Positions 47,288 to 61,403 of a DNA stretch of 64,000 nt are shown here, piece after piece (the first letter of the stretch is position 1; each line of letters starts with the position of its first letter). The DNA lies in contig JBNJNM010000006.1 in assembly GCA_052426225.1 (NCBI GenBank), forward strand, positions 2,418,001 through 2,482,000, read 5' to 3'. The translations under genes were made by a program, and so were the position numbers. Below the pieces are notes generated by a model that saw only the letters and a program-made list of their open reading frames with translations, was not told the DNA's origin and did no database searches. The stretch comes from Zancudomyces culisetae HAW-14-8. Its lineage: Eukaryota > Fungi > Kickxellomycota.

Positions 47288-50200
47288 TTTAAGACTTATC
47301 CCTTTTTTACTCTTTACAAACTAAAAATGTTTTGTTCGACCCTTTTTAGTTAGTCCTTAGCAATTCTACCTCTGAAAAAAAAAAACCAAAGGATGCAGAT
47401 AGAAAAGTTTATTTAGTTAAGAATAAGACAAAACGAAACAACAAAACAGATACAAGAGAGTTGATTGTCGGTTTTATAAGTGTTTTTAGTGTTTCCTGCG
47501 GGCGCAGATTAAATTTTTTTTAAACAAGCTGAGCCTAAATTAAACATGGAAAATCAAAAAAGTCAAGGGAAAAAGCGAGCAGAAAAGAGCGAATTATCAG
47601 CATTATCAGGGTTCACACAATTTGTGTAGCTACCTTATACGGCTGAAAAGCATACTAAAAACATTAGTGTTACAAGATAAAATGCAAAGCAAAGGGCCCA
47701 CGATTGAGCTGATAGTTTATCGATTGCACAATTTTAGCAATAGCATCACAGCATTTTATTTCGTCCTATTAGTTTGTAGCTCAATTGCTGAAATGTTGTT
47801 TTAATGCTTTTCGTTCTAGCATTTTTCCAATAACATTCTCAACATTCCATTGGGGATTAATAGTATTTTCAGTCTGGCTCAAAAGAATTAATGATGAGTT
47901 TAGCTAATCAGCTTGAAAGCTTAATTGGGCTAATCATATTGCCAAAGTCAAACTGCTTTGCATTTGTTTTTGGGGAATTCCCTATTCATTACAAACCTTG
48001 TGGATTCTATTACAATACCATGAATGATTTGGCCGTGTTATATGAGTGAATACAGTTTATGTGAAGAATAATACTCATTCTGCGTGTTATCTTCGATAGT
48101 TTATGACTGAAATCACCTACTGAGATGTACTATGAAAGTAAGCCTGAAATACACAATAGTCTTGCCTATTCGTGTTCCAGAGAAACCAGGTGCCATTTTT
48201 CTGGTTTTCTTATTTCAGCTGAGCGATTTTAGATATTTTCTGCTAACTTTGGAAAAAAAAATAGCAAAACAAGTAAATCTGGAAAATTGAAAACTGGGAG
48301 GGGGGGGGAGAGTAAATACCAGAAAAACTGGAAAGTACCATAATATGTGGATCCAGTGTTCTGCGGAGAAGTTTATATGAATAGGGCAATCTTTAATAGA
48401 CTCTAGACCAACACTCAAGCCTTTGAGCTACAACCACATATTTTTGTTTGATGTGCAGACTTCATTTAATATTAATGCGAAGTTGCATGGTGATGTGACC
48501 AATTTAATTACTGCAAAACACACTGTTGTTTTTGTCGTGTATCAAGCAGCGCATAAAGCTGAGTATTTTCAAACCGAAACAATATACATGAAAAAAAGTC
48601 ACTTGTCAACGTAACTAAGCCCCCCCCCTACCTGTCCACAATCTGGGCAGCTACCATAATGGTTGTCTCCATTTTCTCCACTGAGAACCACAATATTAAT
48701 TTTATTTATAAAAGTACCTAGATGCAGAACACCCTATGCTTTGGTGTATTCTGTGGTTGCGGCCTAAGCGTCACTGTATTCCATTTCTGCCGTTTTGCAT
48801 ATAATTGCCACGAAATCAAACCGATAATTTTCTTTTTATCTCCCACATCACGTAACCCACCTAGTATAATGGATATCTTCGAGTCATGCAGCATCACATA
48901 GTTTTGCGGGTAATACCTCTGTTGTACAATATTCACATGGAAAATCAGCAAATATACAAAGTAATCTTAAGCAGTATATAGGCAGGCAGGGATTACCAAC
49001 TTATACTAACCAATAATACTACAAGGTGAACTGGCAGTTCCTGGTTTTTAAGATTCTTTTTTTGTGATTATCTTGCAACTGCAAATACCAAGAACAAATA
49101 AGATATATCTGTTTTTACTAAAAATAAACAAAGCAGAGAGAGGCCTGGAAAATGCTTCCAACATTCTTGAGAGTTTATAAAGAGAGACACTTGTGAAGAG
49201 AGGTTGACTGGATGGTTTGGCCTAGCTAGAATGCGATCCTTTTGTTCTCTACATTTTGTTTTGAAAAGAAAACCAACTGTATTCCAAAAATGATAAAGAC
49301 CAAAACGCCACCTGTGTGCACGGCGTGCAAAGGAATACTGCTACACCTTTTACCTGGCGCTGATTAGCTGTTTAGATGGTAGATAAGAGGAAGAATTCTT
49401 CGTACATGTATTTTTTTTTTGACTCATTTTCATAAAATACCAAAATTGAGCACATTTTTAGCTTTTATTCGGTGACTGTTTGGGAATTGTAAACACAAAG
49501 CTCAAATGTATGGCAATAATACCACAGAGAGATAATTTTTGGCTAAACATTCATACGTAAACGTGTAAAACAGAGATATAGATATATGAATACATGAAAA
49601 TATGGAAGCACGTAAAACGATAAAAATACACTTGAGCAGAATTTAGAACGTAATAGTGTGGGTAGGCGAGACCGTTAGTATTACGTATCGCTTTCACAGG
49701 CGCAATTTAGTTCCACGTAGCATATATGGCTAGTTCAATACCCGCGGTTTTTAATCCTCGGTATATTTAGAATGCGTGTCGGATTAATGTGCATATATTG
49801 TATTTTTCCAACAAATTAACGGAAAAAACCCCTGCAGAATACACACACATTCATTAACATACATGCATATAAATGTGTGTTTACTATGTAGATGTTTATC
49901 ATAGTAAACGGATGGACCAACTGTGTAGCCATACAAATTCCAGATAAAGTGTTACTAATTGTCTTTAATAACCGATTATCTATACGTATCTTTTCTAAAA
50001 GATAAATGTAATACAAAGGATATTTGTGAATTTATAGACAACAAATTCAGTGCATAATGTTTCCCTCCTCTCCCCCAACATCACATACTCGGTCCGTAAA
50101 ACATCAGGAATATATATATATGTAGCCTGGGAGAGGAGCAGGCCATGTTTAAACTGCTTTTGTTTAGAAGCTGAACCAACTACCACAAGGCTGTTTATTT

Positions 50201-50614
50201 TTCAGAACACCAATAAAAACTTGTACCATGTGCACACAGCCAATATACAAAAAGGGAGGATAACTGCTGATTGCACCTCAGAAAAAAAGCAGCATTTCAG
50301 CTGCAACAAACTAAAAACCCTTCCACCCTTCCACCCACCGCCCCCCTCCCCATTCCTCATTGAAATTGGCAAAAAGGTCAATTGATTTACGATTATTCGC
50401 TGCAGTTTTTTCTTTTGGATATTTTTCAATTGGAATGTTTGGGCGGATTATACTATTTATTCAAGTATTAAACCAGCAATAACACTACCAGGGCATAAAT
50501 CGCAAAAAATTCACTTTATATTTAACTAGTTTACATTTTGGTAAAACCACAACTCTCATATTGTTTGTTTCTGGACTTTTGTACAACTCACTAACTTGCA
50601 AAGACTATCTGTAA

Positions 50615-51670
50615 ATGCGAAGGAGAAATAGAACAATACTCAAGGTATAAATCTGATTTTAATTTTTTGTTAATAGGTAATGCGTGTTGTTGATGTAATT
50701 CTAATATATCGTACTATACTTAGGTTATAATCCTGGGTGACAGTGGGTAAGTTTAAATTGAGTTATGTAAACCAACAAAACAAAAATAAATGTTATATAA
50801 TTCTTATTTTATATATTTTAGTGTAGGAAAAACAGCTCTTATCAACCAATATGTAAATAAAAGATTTTCGACGCAATATAAGGCCACGATCGGCGCGGAT
50901 TTTATGTCTAAAGAATTAGTAATAGAAGGAAAACCAGTTACATTACAGGTACTATTCCACTAGTTAACCTATATGGAACGTATTGGGATTAAATTTAAAA
51001 AAACATGTATACATAGATATGGGATACAGCAGGACAAGAAAGATTCCAGAGCCTTGGTGCTGCTTTTTATCGTGGGGCGGATTACTGTGTATTATGTTTT
51101 GATGTAAACAACGCACAGTCGTTTGAAAAGCTAAAATATTGGAGGGAGGAGTTCGTAAGCACTGCTTCACCCAAAAATCCGCACAATTTTCCATTTGTGG
51201 TACTTGGAAACAAAATTGACATCCAACACAACGATCGAGTAAGTTTTCCTAGTAACTGCTTTTTTCTAAAAAAAGAAAAAAAGAAAAAAAGAAAATCTTT
51301 TCCTTGGTTTGGCCAAGGTATATCTGAACAACTACGCTTTTACATATAGGTTTCTTCTGCAAAGGCAATCTCATGGTGTAAATCAGTAGGAGATATACCA
51401 TACTTTGAAACAAGTGCCAAAGAAGGTGTCAATATTGATCATGCCTTTCGTATCATAGTTGGGAATGCGTTTAGACAACAAGAGTACCTGGACAACTTAG
51501 AGTAATATAAAAATAATTTCACATGAATACATATTTTTTAACTTCAATGTCTCGTTCAGATAGAGAAACGTACTTATATTTGATTGCTTTACTTATCCTC
51601 AAAATGTAGGGATTATACAGAGTCCATAACAATAGACAGAGACGCCAACCCAAATGTCTGTTTGTGTTGA
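50615..51670 (+). CDS. YPT7: Rab7 GTPase; exons 50615-50644, 50724-50746, 50822-50948, 51017-51238, 51350-51501, 51610-51670
   Basis: Hand-assembled: [54 protein letters not shown]-terminal CLC prenylation motif. Absent from the ORF track. Confidence 0.96.
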
Positions 51671-53066
51671 TTTACCCCTAAAAAGCTTACTTGGATTTGT
51701 TTTACCCCAGCCAGTTTAACTGAAATACTGATATTTTGCCACATAGAGCCTTTTCAACTTGATTACATAAACTCGATACTTTATTAACATATTTTTGATA
51801 CTGTTATTGCTTTTATTGTCTTTGACAAGTCGATCAGTAATACAAATGCACATAGACTAATGTATCAGTTTCGCATTACAATATAAAACAGACCTTGGGT
51901 TGTTTTTTTAATAGAAAAGCGTTGGTGGAGTTTGACGACCTTTTTTTTCTCTGAAGCTGTTATTTATCATATAGTGTTTATAGTATAGGGAAAAATAATA
52001 CATTTTGGGATAGTTTTTATGGTAATACATCATGGGGTATTGGCTTAAAGCTAACCATCTCTACCAGGATCAAAAATAGTTTGATAGCCGCATGCTCACA
52101 ACACTGCGAATATCTCTGCTTGTGATATTGTAGGCTTTTACAAAAATTGTAGTATTCTATTGGGCTTATCTAGACATTGTTCAAATAGACTACTAAAAAT
52201 AAATAACTAGCTGAGTAGCATCTAAATTGCTCTACACTTTCAAAATAAAAACAAAGCAAACAATAGTATAACCGCACAAAAACAACAGGGTAATTACTAT
52301 CGAACTGAAGTATACTGAGGCTTTGGCGATGTTCTGAAAGATTTACATTCAAATGTAAGTTGCTTAGAGGATTTTTTACCACTTTTAGTCGAAATGCGTA
52401 TTTCGGAGATAAGAACGATTTTCGAGCAAATCCACTTCTGGTCTCAAATTATCATACAACATACGAATAAAATATAGAAGAACTGAAGCGAGATGGACTT
52501 AATAGGAGATACGCTTACTCAATTGTTCACACCACTGCATGTTTTGGTGTGTACGGTTAGCTTGACAAGTGTAAAAGGTACTTTTTTTTAACGAAATCCC
52601 TAATAAAAAAAATGTAAAAGAGAGGGTGTCATAGTATGGATTTCAGCTTATTCAAAAATCATTTTTATAGATATCAAAAACTGGGAACTTGTACAGTGTT
52701 TGAGATTGGGCTGTGAATGCCATGCACTGGGTGACAGCACATATTCGTTTTTATTTCCGTTGGTTCTATTTTGGGCTTTTGCAGCTGTCGTCTTAACATT
52801 TGCTCCAAGTAAGCCTTTGTCGTAGCTCGATTGTTTATTTTTAGTATCCTGTTTTTTATGGCTAAAGTCGTTTTTATCTGTTTAATCTGCATTGTAAACT
52901 ACTAGAAAATTCATTGTCACCACTCGAGATTATAACTCTTGATAAAGACGATGAAAACGAGAAGAGTAAGGAAAGCGTACCCAACACAGGTCATTCCAGG
53001 TAATATTATGCTCTCTATGTCACATATATTTTTTTTTGTTCTCCAATTCTTTCATTACATGAGCAT

Positions 53067-54471
53067 ATGCAAATATACAAAATTACAAGTATAATAACTG
53101 CTTATTCTAGAAGTGAGAAAAGTAAAAGTAGTTCAAAGAATTACATTTGTATTGAGTGCGGAACACCCGTTTCAAGCTTGTATACCGAGTACAGTAAGGG
53201 TAATATTCGCCTCACCCAATGTGTAAGTCATATAATAGTCTGTTCCTTCGTTTTATGTATCTGATACATGTTATATTTTACTTTTAACAAACTCACTAAC
53301 ACAGGATTTTTATTTTTTAATGAATGGATATGGGGACTGCTCTTACAGGAAAACTGTCAATGCTTTGTTGATAAATATGTGGAACACGATGTGATTATCA
53401 TCTTTATTGACATCATCCTGTTCAAATCGCAGGTTTATAGACATCTGCTTGTTAATAAAAAGAATTTTAGGAAAACAAGCTTGGAGGTAATGAGTTCACA
53501 ATGTCCAACCTTCCACCTTTTACATTCTGGATTGAGAGAATACTAACATTTCGACTATAAAAAAACGTAGAAAAATGTATTTAAAATTGCAGTACTTCTG
53601 GTGCTTTTCAATGTATATATTTCATGGTTCCGACTCGAGGAGGGAGGGAAAGCTAGAAACCAAGAAAAGCTAATCTTTGGTTCTCAACAGCACTTTATTC
53701 TTCAGTACCTGTTTATTCTATTTCTTTGTATTATTGGTAAGTATACACGATACAAATGCCACTTACTAAGCTTCTTCCCCTACTTTTTTTTTATTAGAAA
53801 AAAGGCGGTTTTTGCTTGGTATCTGAGAGGGTGTGTGACAAATATTTCTATACTAAGTATTTACTTTATCATGTAAAAACAGATTTTCTGGTATATATCC
53901 TCGGAATTGTTGCCGCCTTAATCATTCACCAAAGGTCGTTCAGCCAGGTAGAAAGGTATTTTTTATATGTACCGGTACATTTTGCTTTTGCAGTCTCAAA
54001 TAAGATATCATTGGTTTTTTAAACGCACATCAGGATTAACGAGTTTTACACAATTTTTTACTACTGTTAGATGGACGAATATTGCTACAGCTATAATAGT
54101 TTCTAGCTTTGGGAAAATTCTGATGATTTTGTTGGTGATATGGGATTTCAAAGATCCAAACTACTCGTTGCTTTTGGATTTTTTGACTTACACCTCCCAC
54201 GCTTCAGCCCTAGCAGGTACGTATAAGCTGAATAATAATTTAAAACACAATATTCAGACGTTCCACCCTTCTTTTCAAATCTACAAGGTTTGGAAATGCA
54301 CATATAATAAAAATTGCTAACTCGATTTTTTTTATGACTTATCATATAGTACTGTTTGGTTTGAGTACAAAGTGGGCATTTGTGATTGTAATGTTTGGGT
54401 TGTCGTGTCGTCAGCTTGCGGTTTATTATCTTATCAACACCTCCTTTAAGCTATTTCTACTATATAAATGA
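53067..54471 (+). CDS. ARV1: Arv1 ER lipid-homeostasis protein; core exons 53111-53222, 53349-53486, 53571-53735, 53883-53954, 54071-54216, 54350-54471; start uncertain (53067 or 52493)
   Basis: ICIECGTPVSSLYTEYSKGNIRLTQC/ENCQCFVDKYVEHD..IDIILFK..VYRHLL (Arv1 homology domain), IIVSSFGKI, transmembrane segments. Confidence 0.92.
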
Positions 54472-55094
54472 CCATTCTAGTTTGTGAGTGCTAACATATG
54501 TTGTGTATTTTCTGTCCGTATGGATCAATTATTTTACTTTTTATAGGGCATTGAATTCTAAAATAATAAATAAAATTTATCCTGGCATCTGGCTCCATGC
54601 AACTCCTCTCCCTCTATATTCACAAGCAGGTGGAGAGATACATTGTGAAAGAAACCGTCAAGTATGGTGATGTCAAGATATTCTACTTGGTATACCAACA
54701 AATATGATGATCTTGGCTTGGGATTTTGTGCTATTGCCTATTTGTACAGCCAATTATCACAGCTGTCTTCATTACACACAGTTGCTTTTAGCGAATCGTT
54801 ATAATCAATTGCACAAAAAAAATTTTTTTTTTAGAGTTTGATGTAATTTCCAGGTTTTCAGATGTACATACATCCAGTACCAATCAACTGATGGAGAGAT
54901 TTTTCGCCTTTATGCAGTCTCAATCAGTCCAGTGGATGGGAGAGAAAAAGTTTTATCAGCTTTATCGGCATTTCTGTTTGAGATGCACTATAACTAGAGC
55001 AAATACAGGGTAACCAAAAAAAAATAACAAAATATTATAATCTTGAACACTTGCTTCAAAGTAGACAGTTTATTTTAATAATAAAAAACTAATA

Positions 55095-55361
55095 ATGTTT
55101 GGGACAGTTCCAGAACCGACAAAGGAGCAGATTGCTGAAATGCAAGCTGAGACAAGATCATCAGCTATGAAATTCGTAGGTCTCGTGCTGGCTTTCAGAA
55201 TAGGTTCGTGATTTTCTTTAATTTAGCCAATACCCGTGGATTTGATAAGAGGGGAGTATATGTGTACAGGATTTCATTAATTGTATATACTGAACAAAGT
55301 CAAATATGTATACATTAAATAAATAGCAACCGTTATATTCGAATCTTACGATTATATTTAA
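55095..55361 (+). CDS. TOM5: Mitochondrial outer membrane translocase subunit Tom5 (47 aa); exons 55095-55203 and 55327-55361
   Basis: MFGTVPEPTKEQIAEMQAETRSSAMKFVGLVLAFRIATVIFESYDYI: MFG start, charged helix and single TM match the Tom5 architecture. Confidence 0.78.
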
Positions 55362-56600
55362 AACGATGTGTGCATTGTTGGGAATCGAATTCTGTACTCG
55401 AAGTGAAATGGATTAAGATGTACATCTACAGAACAAATTCTTATATTCTCCTGTTTTTTCTCTTCAATACAAACGGTTCCCTTGTTCTGAAGACACTAGT
55501 GAAGGAAAAAAATTGTGAAAACGAGAAAAAAAGCCTAAACAGAAAATGATATTCACATTACTATTATTTTTAGATGTTTTAGTATTTTGGTAGTCGGCTA
55601 TTTAGGGTAACTTTGTGTGTTTTACTAAATACAAAATCCAGAGAAAATGCTCGATTGGTGTGAGTTAAGTTTAGAAGACCGGAATCGTTTCTAAAGATCA
55701 TATTAATGATGCTTAAGTGGCTGAAAAGCAAAACATTTGGTATTATATTATATCATATCATATCGTATCATATCAAATCAAATCTTTTCACTCTTTATTT
55801 CCTGTTGTTGTTTATAACTCGTATGCTCTTCTGGTGCTGTAGCACTATGATGTGAGTGACCTATATAGTGCCACGGTATTACAAAAAGTTTGGTAAATAT
55901 TGCAGTAGTTGTATGTACGTACTTTTTCATTTTATATTTATTTCTTTTGGTGTTGTAATACCGTCGATTCCGTGGCCTGGTAACAAATTGTAAATTCTTG
56001 GTCGTGTTCATACCTCTACATGAAGAATCAAAGTCAAAGTATATATTACAAGCTCAGCCATATAAATGATCGGACATTTCTGTTTTTCGTTTAACAAAAC
56101 TAGTGCGGGCAACCTTCAAATACTGAAAAGACGGATTCGACCATTCCAACGGAAGATGGTATCCTACTTTTTGTCAGTTTAATTCCATGAACACTAAGAA
56201 GTGCTTTATGAAATGTAACATATTTCCAGCATAGCAACTTTTTTTTTCTTTTACCTGTTCTTTATTTGGATCTAAGAAATTAACACGAGGAAAATGTTTT
56301 TTTTTGTCCGCCAACCTGGGATGCATTAATTCCAGAATTTCCCGCCAAATTTTTTTAGCATAATTTTTCCATTCATGTTGTTTTTTTCAACCTTAATTTA
56401 AATTGCGAGTTTTCGGTAGTTTATTTAGTACATAAAAAAAAACTCGCTTACAAGTTTCTGAAGAGCAGAAAAAGCAGGTATAGGCTAGAGCTGTAGAATA
56501 ACTGTAGATTGAAGACTCTTTTCAAAGATTGATAGGGAATTAGGAAAGATTGAATAATTTGGTAGCACCGTTAAAATAAACAAAGAAATACAAATCAAAG

Positions 56601-58310
56601 ATGAAAGTCACACTCAAAACTCTAAACAAAGACAAATTCGAGATTGAGGTTTCTCCCAGCGACACTGTAAGCTATTTAAGAGTATTAGAGCTTTATTTGA
56701 AGTAATGTGGTTTGGGTTATATTTCCATACGACATAATAATAATATAAGGACGGTACATCACTAACAGCTTGGAATGGCAACATTAGATTGAAGATCTAA
56801 AAGAGAAAATCAGGCTGGAAAAGGGATTTGAAAAAGAAGCACAGAAGCTGATTTTCAAAGGTAAAACGAATAAATAAATAGTACTCTAATTTGGTGTCGT
56901 TTATAGATACATGAAAATGAATCAAGTTAGCAACATAATCGAATAAAATCTAGGTAAAATCTTAAAGAATGAAGAAACGGTCGAAGGAATAAGCATTACC
57001 GAGAAAGATTTTATGATTTTGATGACAACAAAGGTAAGAGAAATAAAATTTTATGATGTTTTCACATTTATTTTCAATCAATCCTATTTTACATCTAACA
57101 ATTGTGAGATATAATTGAAATATGGTATTAAATATAGGTTCAGCCATCAACATCGAAAACAGCAGAGCCAAAGAAACCAGTAGAGAGTACTCCAATGGCC
57201 AGTAGCGAAAAGGTACCTGAAACCCCACAGGCACCACAACAAGGAAGACAAGCTCCTGAAGTAAAAGCCACACCAGCCTCCCCTACTGGCTCGCGCGGTG
57301 AGCCTGCTAGAACAGCAGAAGAGGCAGAGGGACAATCCGTTCAACAAGGTGCAGAGTTAGCTGAAGCCGAAGATGAAGCTGGTGATGCTGGACTAGGTAA
57401 TGTTTTACATACACTCTATATATTTGTTTTTGTTTTATTCCTCAGCCAGATTCGCGAGATACCTGCAGCTATATGTAAATGAAAGTTTATCTTAAAGGTG
57501 AGCAAACTGGTATATAATAGTGACGGGGCAAGCATACGAAACTGCAATCCAAACAATGATGGAAATGGGGTATGAGCGTGAAATGTGTGTCCGAGCAATG
57601 AGAGCTAGCTTTAACAACCCAGATAGAGCTGTAGAATATTTATTTAGCGGAATTCCAGAATTTCCACAGGAAGAGGAGGCTGCACCACAAAATACACAAA
57701 CACAGGGTGGAAATTTATTTAATGAGGCTATGCGGGCCCAATCACAACCACATGGTGCAGCAGCAGCGTCAGGAGGTGAGGGTGCAGCAGCCGATTTTTC
57801 GTTCTTGGAGAGCTTGCCACAATTTCAGCAAATAAGACAGATGGTGAGATCAAACCCAGAGGCTCTGCAGCCAATTTTAGAACAGCTCGCTGTATCAAAC
57901 CCACAGCTACTTCATTACATTAATCAGAACAAAGAGGCGTTTCTGCAAATGCTTTTGGGAGAAGAGTTTGATGGACAGGAGGAGCAAGAGGGATTTGAGC
58001 CAGGTATGGGTGAGGGAAGTGGTTATATCCAGGTTACTCCGGAAGAAATGGAGGCATTTGAAAGGGTAAGATATGCCTTATTTTGCTTTATTTTTAAACA
58101 AGCATGGTTTTTTGGGCGAAATTCCACAATAACTTTGTAAAATATAAATTATGACATGTTTGTTTTACTTCTATATAGCTTGAGGCGTTGGGATTTAAAA
58201 GAGACGCAGTAATTCGTGCATATTTCGTTTGTGATAAAAACGAGGAGCTGGCAGCAAACTATTTGTTTGATCATGGAAACGAAGATGAGGATATGGATGA
58301 GCAACAGTAG
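56601..58310 (+). CDS. RAD23: UV excision repair / ubiquitin shuttle Rad23; exons 56601-56666, 56788-56860, 56954-57033, 57138-57396, 57521-58065, 58179-58310
   Basis: UbL MKVTLKTL...[14 protein letters not shown]1 [17 protein letters not shown]-binding [14 protein letters not shown]2 [17 protein letters not shown]. Confidence 0.97.
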
Positions 58311-59596
58311 CCGGAATAAGCAATATAAAATGAATCCCGTTTATTTAACATTTTTTTTTACCTTTCTATATATATTTTGAATTATAATACTTGGGATATT
58401 AATGATATGACACGATTTAAATCGTTTTTATACTAAAATCTGTGATATGGTTTAGTTAGCCAAATATAATACACAAACCGATACTTTGTGAACTGATCAA
58501 TTGTGGGATGTGTTTTGGTAATATGTTTTTATGTGTTTTAGTTGAAAATGGCAAATAAATTGAATATTATCGTGAAACTGGTGTGAGGGGGGGGGATTGG
58601 TTGATGGTATGAAGGAAAGAAGGTGTAAGTGGATAAACACAACAAGATCGATAATATATGTGTATTTCTCTAGTATACCCAACTCCCTTTCTTTTATGTT
58701 TTTAACTGAGACTCTTGAATTAGCTCATTCGGTTGAAACGTAGCTTTTTCATGTGGGTGTTGCAGGACCATGTGAGGCCAGACAGTCAACAGCTAAAAAA
58801 AATTTTAAATTTTTTTTTTCAGTAAAGCATTCAACTGCCAGACCAATAATAAAGTCATGCAAAATCAATTTGTTGTTGATATTAACGATATTATTGTTTT
58901 TTTTGTTTCTGAGTTTCTGATGGAAAAAAAAAAGCAGACCTATTAATTTGAGAAATAGAAGATGTATGGGGAGGAGGGAGGGATTTTATAGATAAGAGCA
59001 AAACTAGACGGCAAGAAAAAAAAAGGGAATGGAAATAAAAATGAAAGTGTAGTCATTTTAAGAGCAAATAAAGAAAATTGTGATATAATTACCAAGCTCC
59101 AAATAGTATACAGGAGTATACAAAAGCGGAAAATGCATGAGATAAGAGTGTTTTAGTGAACATTTCATCTTTGTGCTATGTAAAGATGTAGTAGTAGTAG
59201 TAATAGCAGTAGTGCCATTTATCCTGCGGCCTTTACAATACATTCAAACAAAAGTAAAAAAAATTAAACTTGGGAGGGATTGGTATAGTTTTTCGTTTTC
59301 AAATTACGATATAAAACAAGCGGAAAAAATAATATAATTATGAAAAGTATAAACGCTAAAATAAAAATTTGAGATATCCAAATAAAATAAAACAAAATAA
59401 AAATATTAATAAATCCAAAAGAACTAAATCTCAAACCCTTTTCTGGAAAAGTCTATTGATTGCGTTAGTGGTTCGCGAAAGTAATATAGATTCAGGAATT
59501 GTATTTTTTTTTTGGTTGTGTTGATTTTTGATTTAGGATCATTACCCAGTATTTGATAAACGAAAAGAAAAAGGAAGAACAAAGATAAAGGATAAA

Positions 59597-61398
59597 ATGA
59601 GCTTTAGAATATCATCATTGAGATCACAAGGTAAAGAATTATAAGCTTTCTTTATACTGTTAATAAACACAGAATTATGAATAAAGAGACACAGATATTT
59701 GGGGATTTATTTCCAAAAGTAATGTGTACTTGGGTCTAGAATTGATAAAAAATACACCCTTTTTTTGCAATTAGGATCAAGATTGGTCAATCTGAGTGCA
59801 AAGGTAAATATATATAATTTGAATAAAAGTAAAAAGACCTATACAAGAAACAACAGGTTGTATGGAAGAAGAGGACGTACTCAACAATAACTATAAAGAC
59901 TGGAGAGGCTAATCCATAAAATGAAATGAAATAATTTAGAGAACCAAGTCAGATCTGGTAGTACGAAAAACTACAAATGAGCCCTTGGTCAGCCAGGGAC
60001 CAGTAGGTAGACAAGCATGGAACGGAAGAACGGCGACTGTATTTGGAGCCACAGGGTTTTTGGGAAGATATGTGGTGTCAAAGTTGGCTAGAGAAGGTAC
60101 TAAGGTGATAGTTCCATATAGAGGATTGAAGGAACACACAAGACATTTGATTCCACAGGGTGATCTTGGAATGGTCACACAGATTGTAAGTAGATGGTCT
60201 TTTGTCACTACCACTACGCCTTTTATTTCTTTTGCGTGATATCATTTGGAAAGTATGATCACAACAGTTATTAAAACATATATTGACATTGATATTGACG
60301 TTAATATTGATACATATGAACAGGAATGCGATCTTCGTATCCCAAGACAATTGGAAGAGGCAATGATACATTCAGATCTTGTGATCAATTTGGCAGGAAG
60401 AAACTACGAAACCAAGAATTTTACACTTGAAAAGGTACACATTCAGGGAGCAATGGATATTGCGACAACCGCACAAGAACTGGGAGTAGCGAGATTTATC
60501 CACGTGAGTCGGTTGGGAGCAGACGCAAGCTCACCATCCGAGATTTTGAGCTGCAAGGCTAAGGGTGAGCATATGGTTCGTGAATGCTACCCAGATGCCA
60601 CGATTGTTCGACCAGCCGCTATGTACGGGTATGAAGATGAGTTGCTGAACAATATTGGATGTAAGTTTTTGTTATTTTTATGGGATTGTGAGCGAATAGG
60701 TATTTATTGTTGCAGTATAAAACCTCAATAACTTTTTTTTTTTGCATACTAAATAGATTGGAAGACATTTTATATAATGCTTAACAGCCAAACAAAACTT
60801 CGGCCAGTTAATGTAAGCCAACTAAGTGCTCTTTTTATTATTATTAATTTGTGATATTGTACATTAGCAAAAAAGATATGATGGTTAAGAAAAACAAAAC
60901 AATACAAATATTAAAAGTAACTGCAACCAAAGTTACAATTTGTATGATATGGTGTGGTATAATATAATATAATATAATGTAATTTACTAGGTTGAAGATG
61001 TTTCCAAGGCAATAGTGGAGATGGGACAGAATGAATGGACTTTGGGCAAGACGTTTGAGCTTTATAATCCAAGAGAGTACACAAAACAAGATATTGTAGA
61101 CTTGGTATCTTTGCTGTTGAGAGAGAAAGTCAATGTTGTGCATATCCCCAAGCCAATATTGCGACGTGCGGCCCAGTTGTTGGATATTCTGCCGTACCAC
61201 TACACCAGCCCCCACGAGGTTGATCTAATGGATATTGATGAAATTCCAACAGCCAACAGCGAGATTTATGGATTCAAGGATCTAGGAATTGAGCCACAAA
61301 TGCTTGAGGTGTCAGCCATGAAGTATATCAGACACTACCGTGCCTTCAACAACGAAAACGTTGGAATGGAAATCAACCCAAGAGCATTCAGAAAGTAG
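59597..61398 (+). CDS. NDUFA9: Complex I 39/40-kDa subunit (NDUFA9); exons 59597-59630, 59775-59803, 59940-60185, 60324-60660, 60757-60812, 60991-61398
   Basis: ATVFGATGFLGRYVV, GDLG, NLAGRNYETKNF, ATIVRPAAMYGYED; phase-consistent introns. Confidence 0.95.
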
Positions 61399-61403
61399 TT
61401 TTC

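Noticed and set aside
49340-49380. TTACCTGGC resembling the U1 snRNA 5' end
   Set aside because: No ATAC start, U1 stem-loops or Sm site follow.
55930-56163. Minus-strand frame interrupted only by TGA codons, considered as a selenoprotein because some early-diverging fungi use Sec
   Set aside because: No CxxU/UxxC context, no similarity to a selenoprotein family I recognise, and no SECIS-like element seen.
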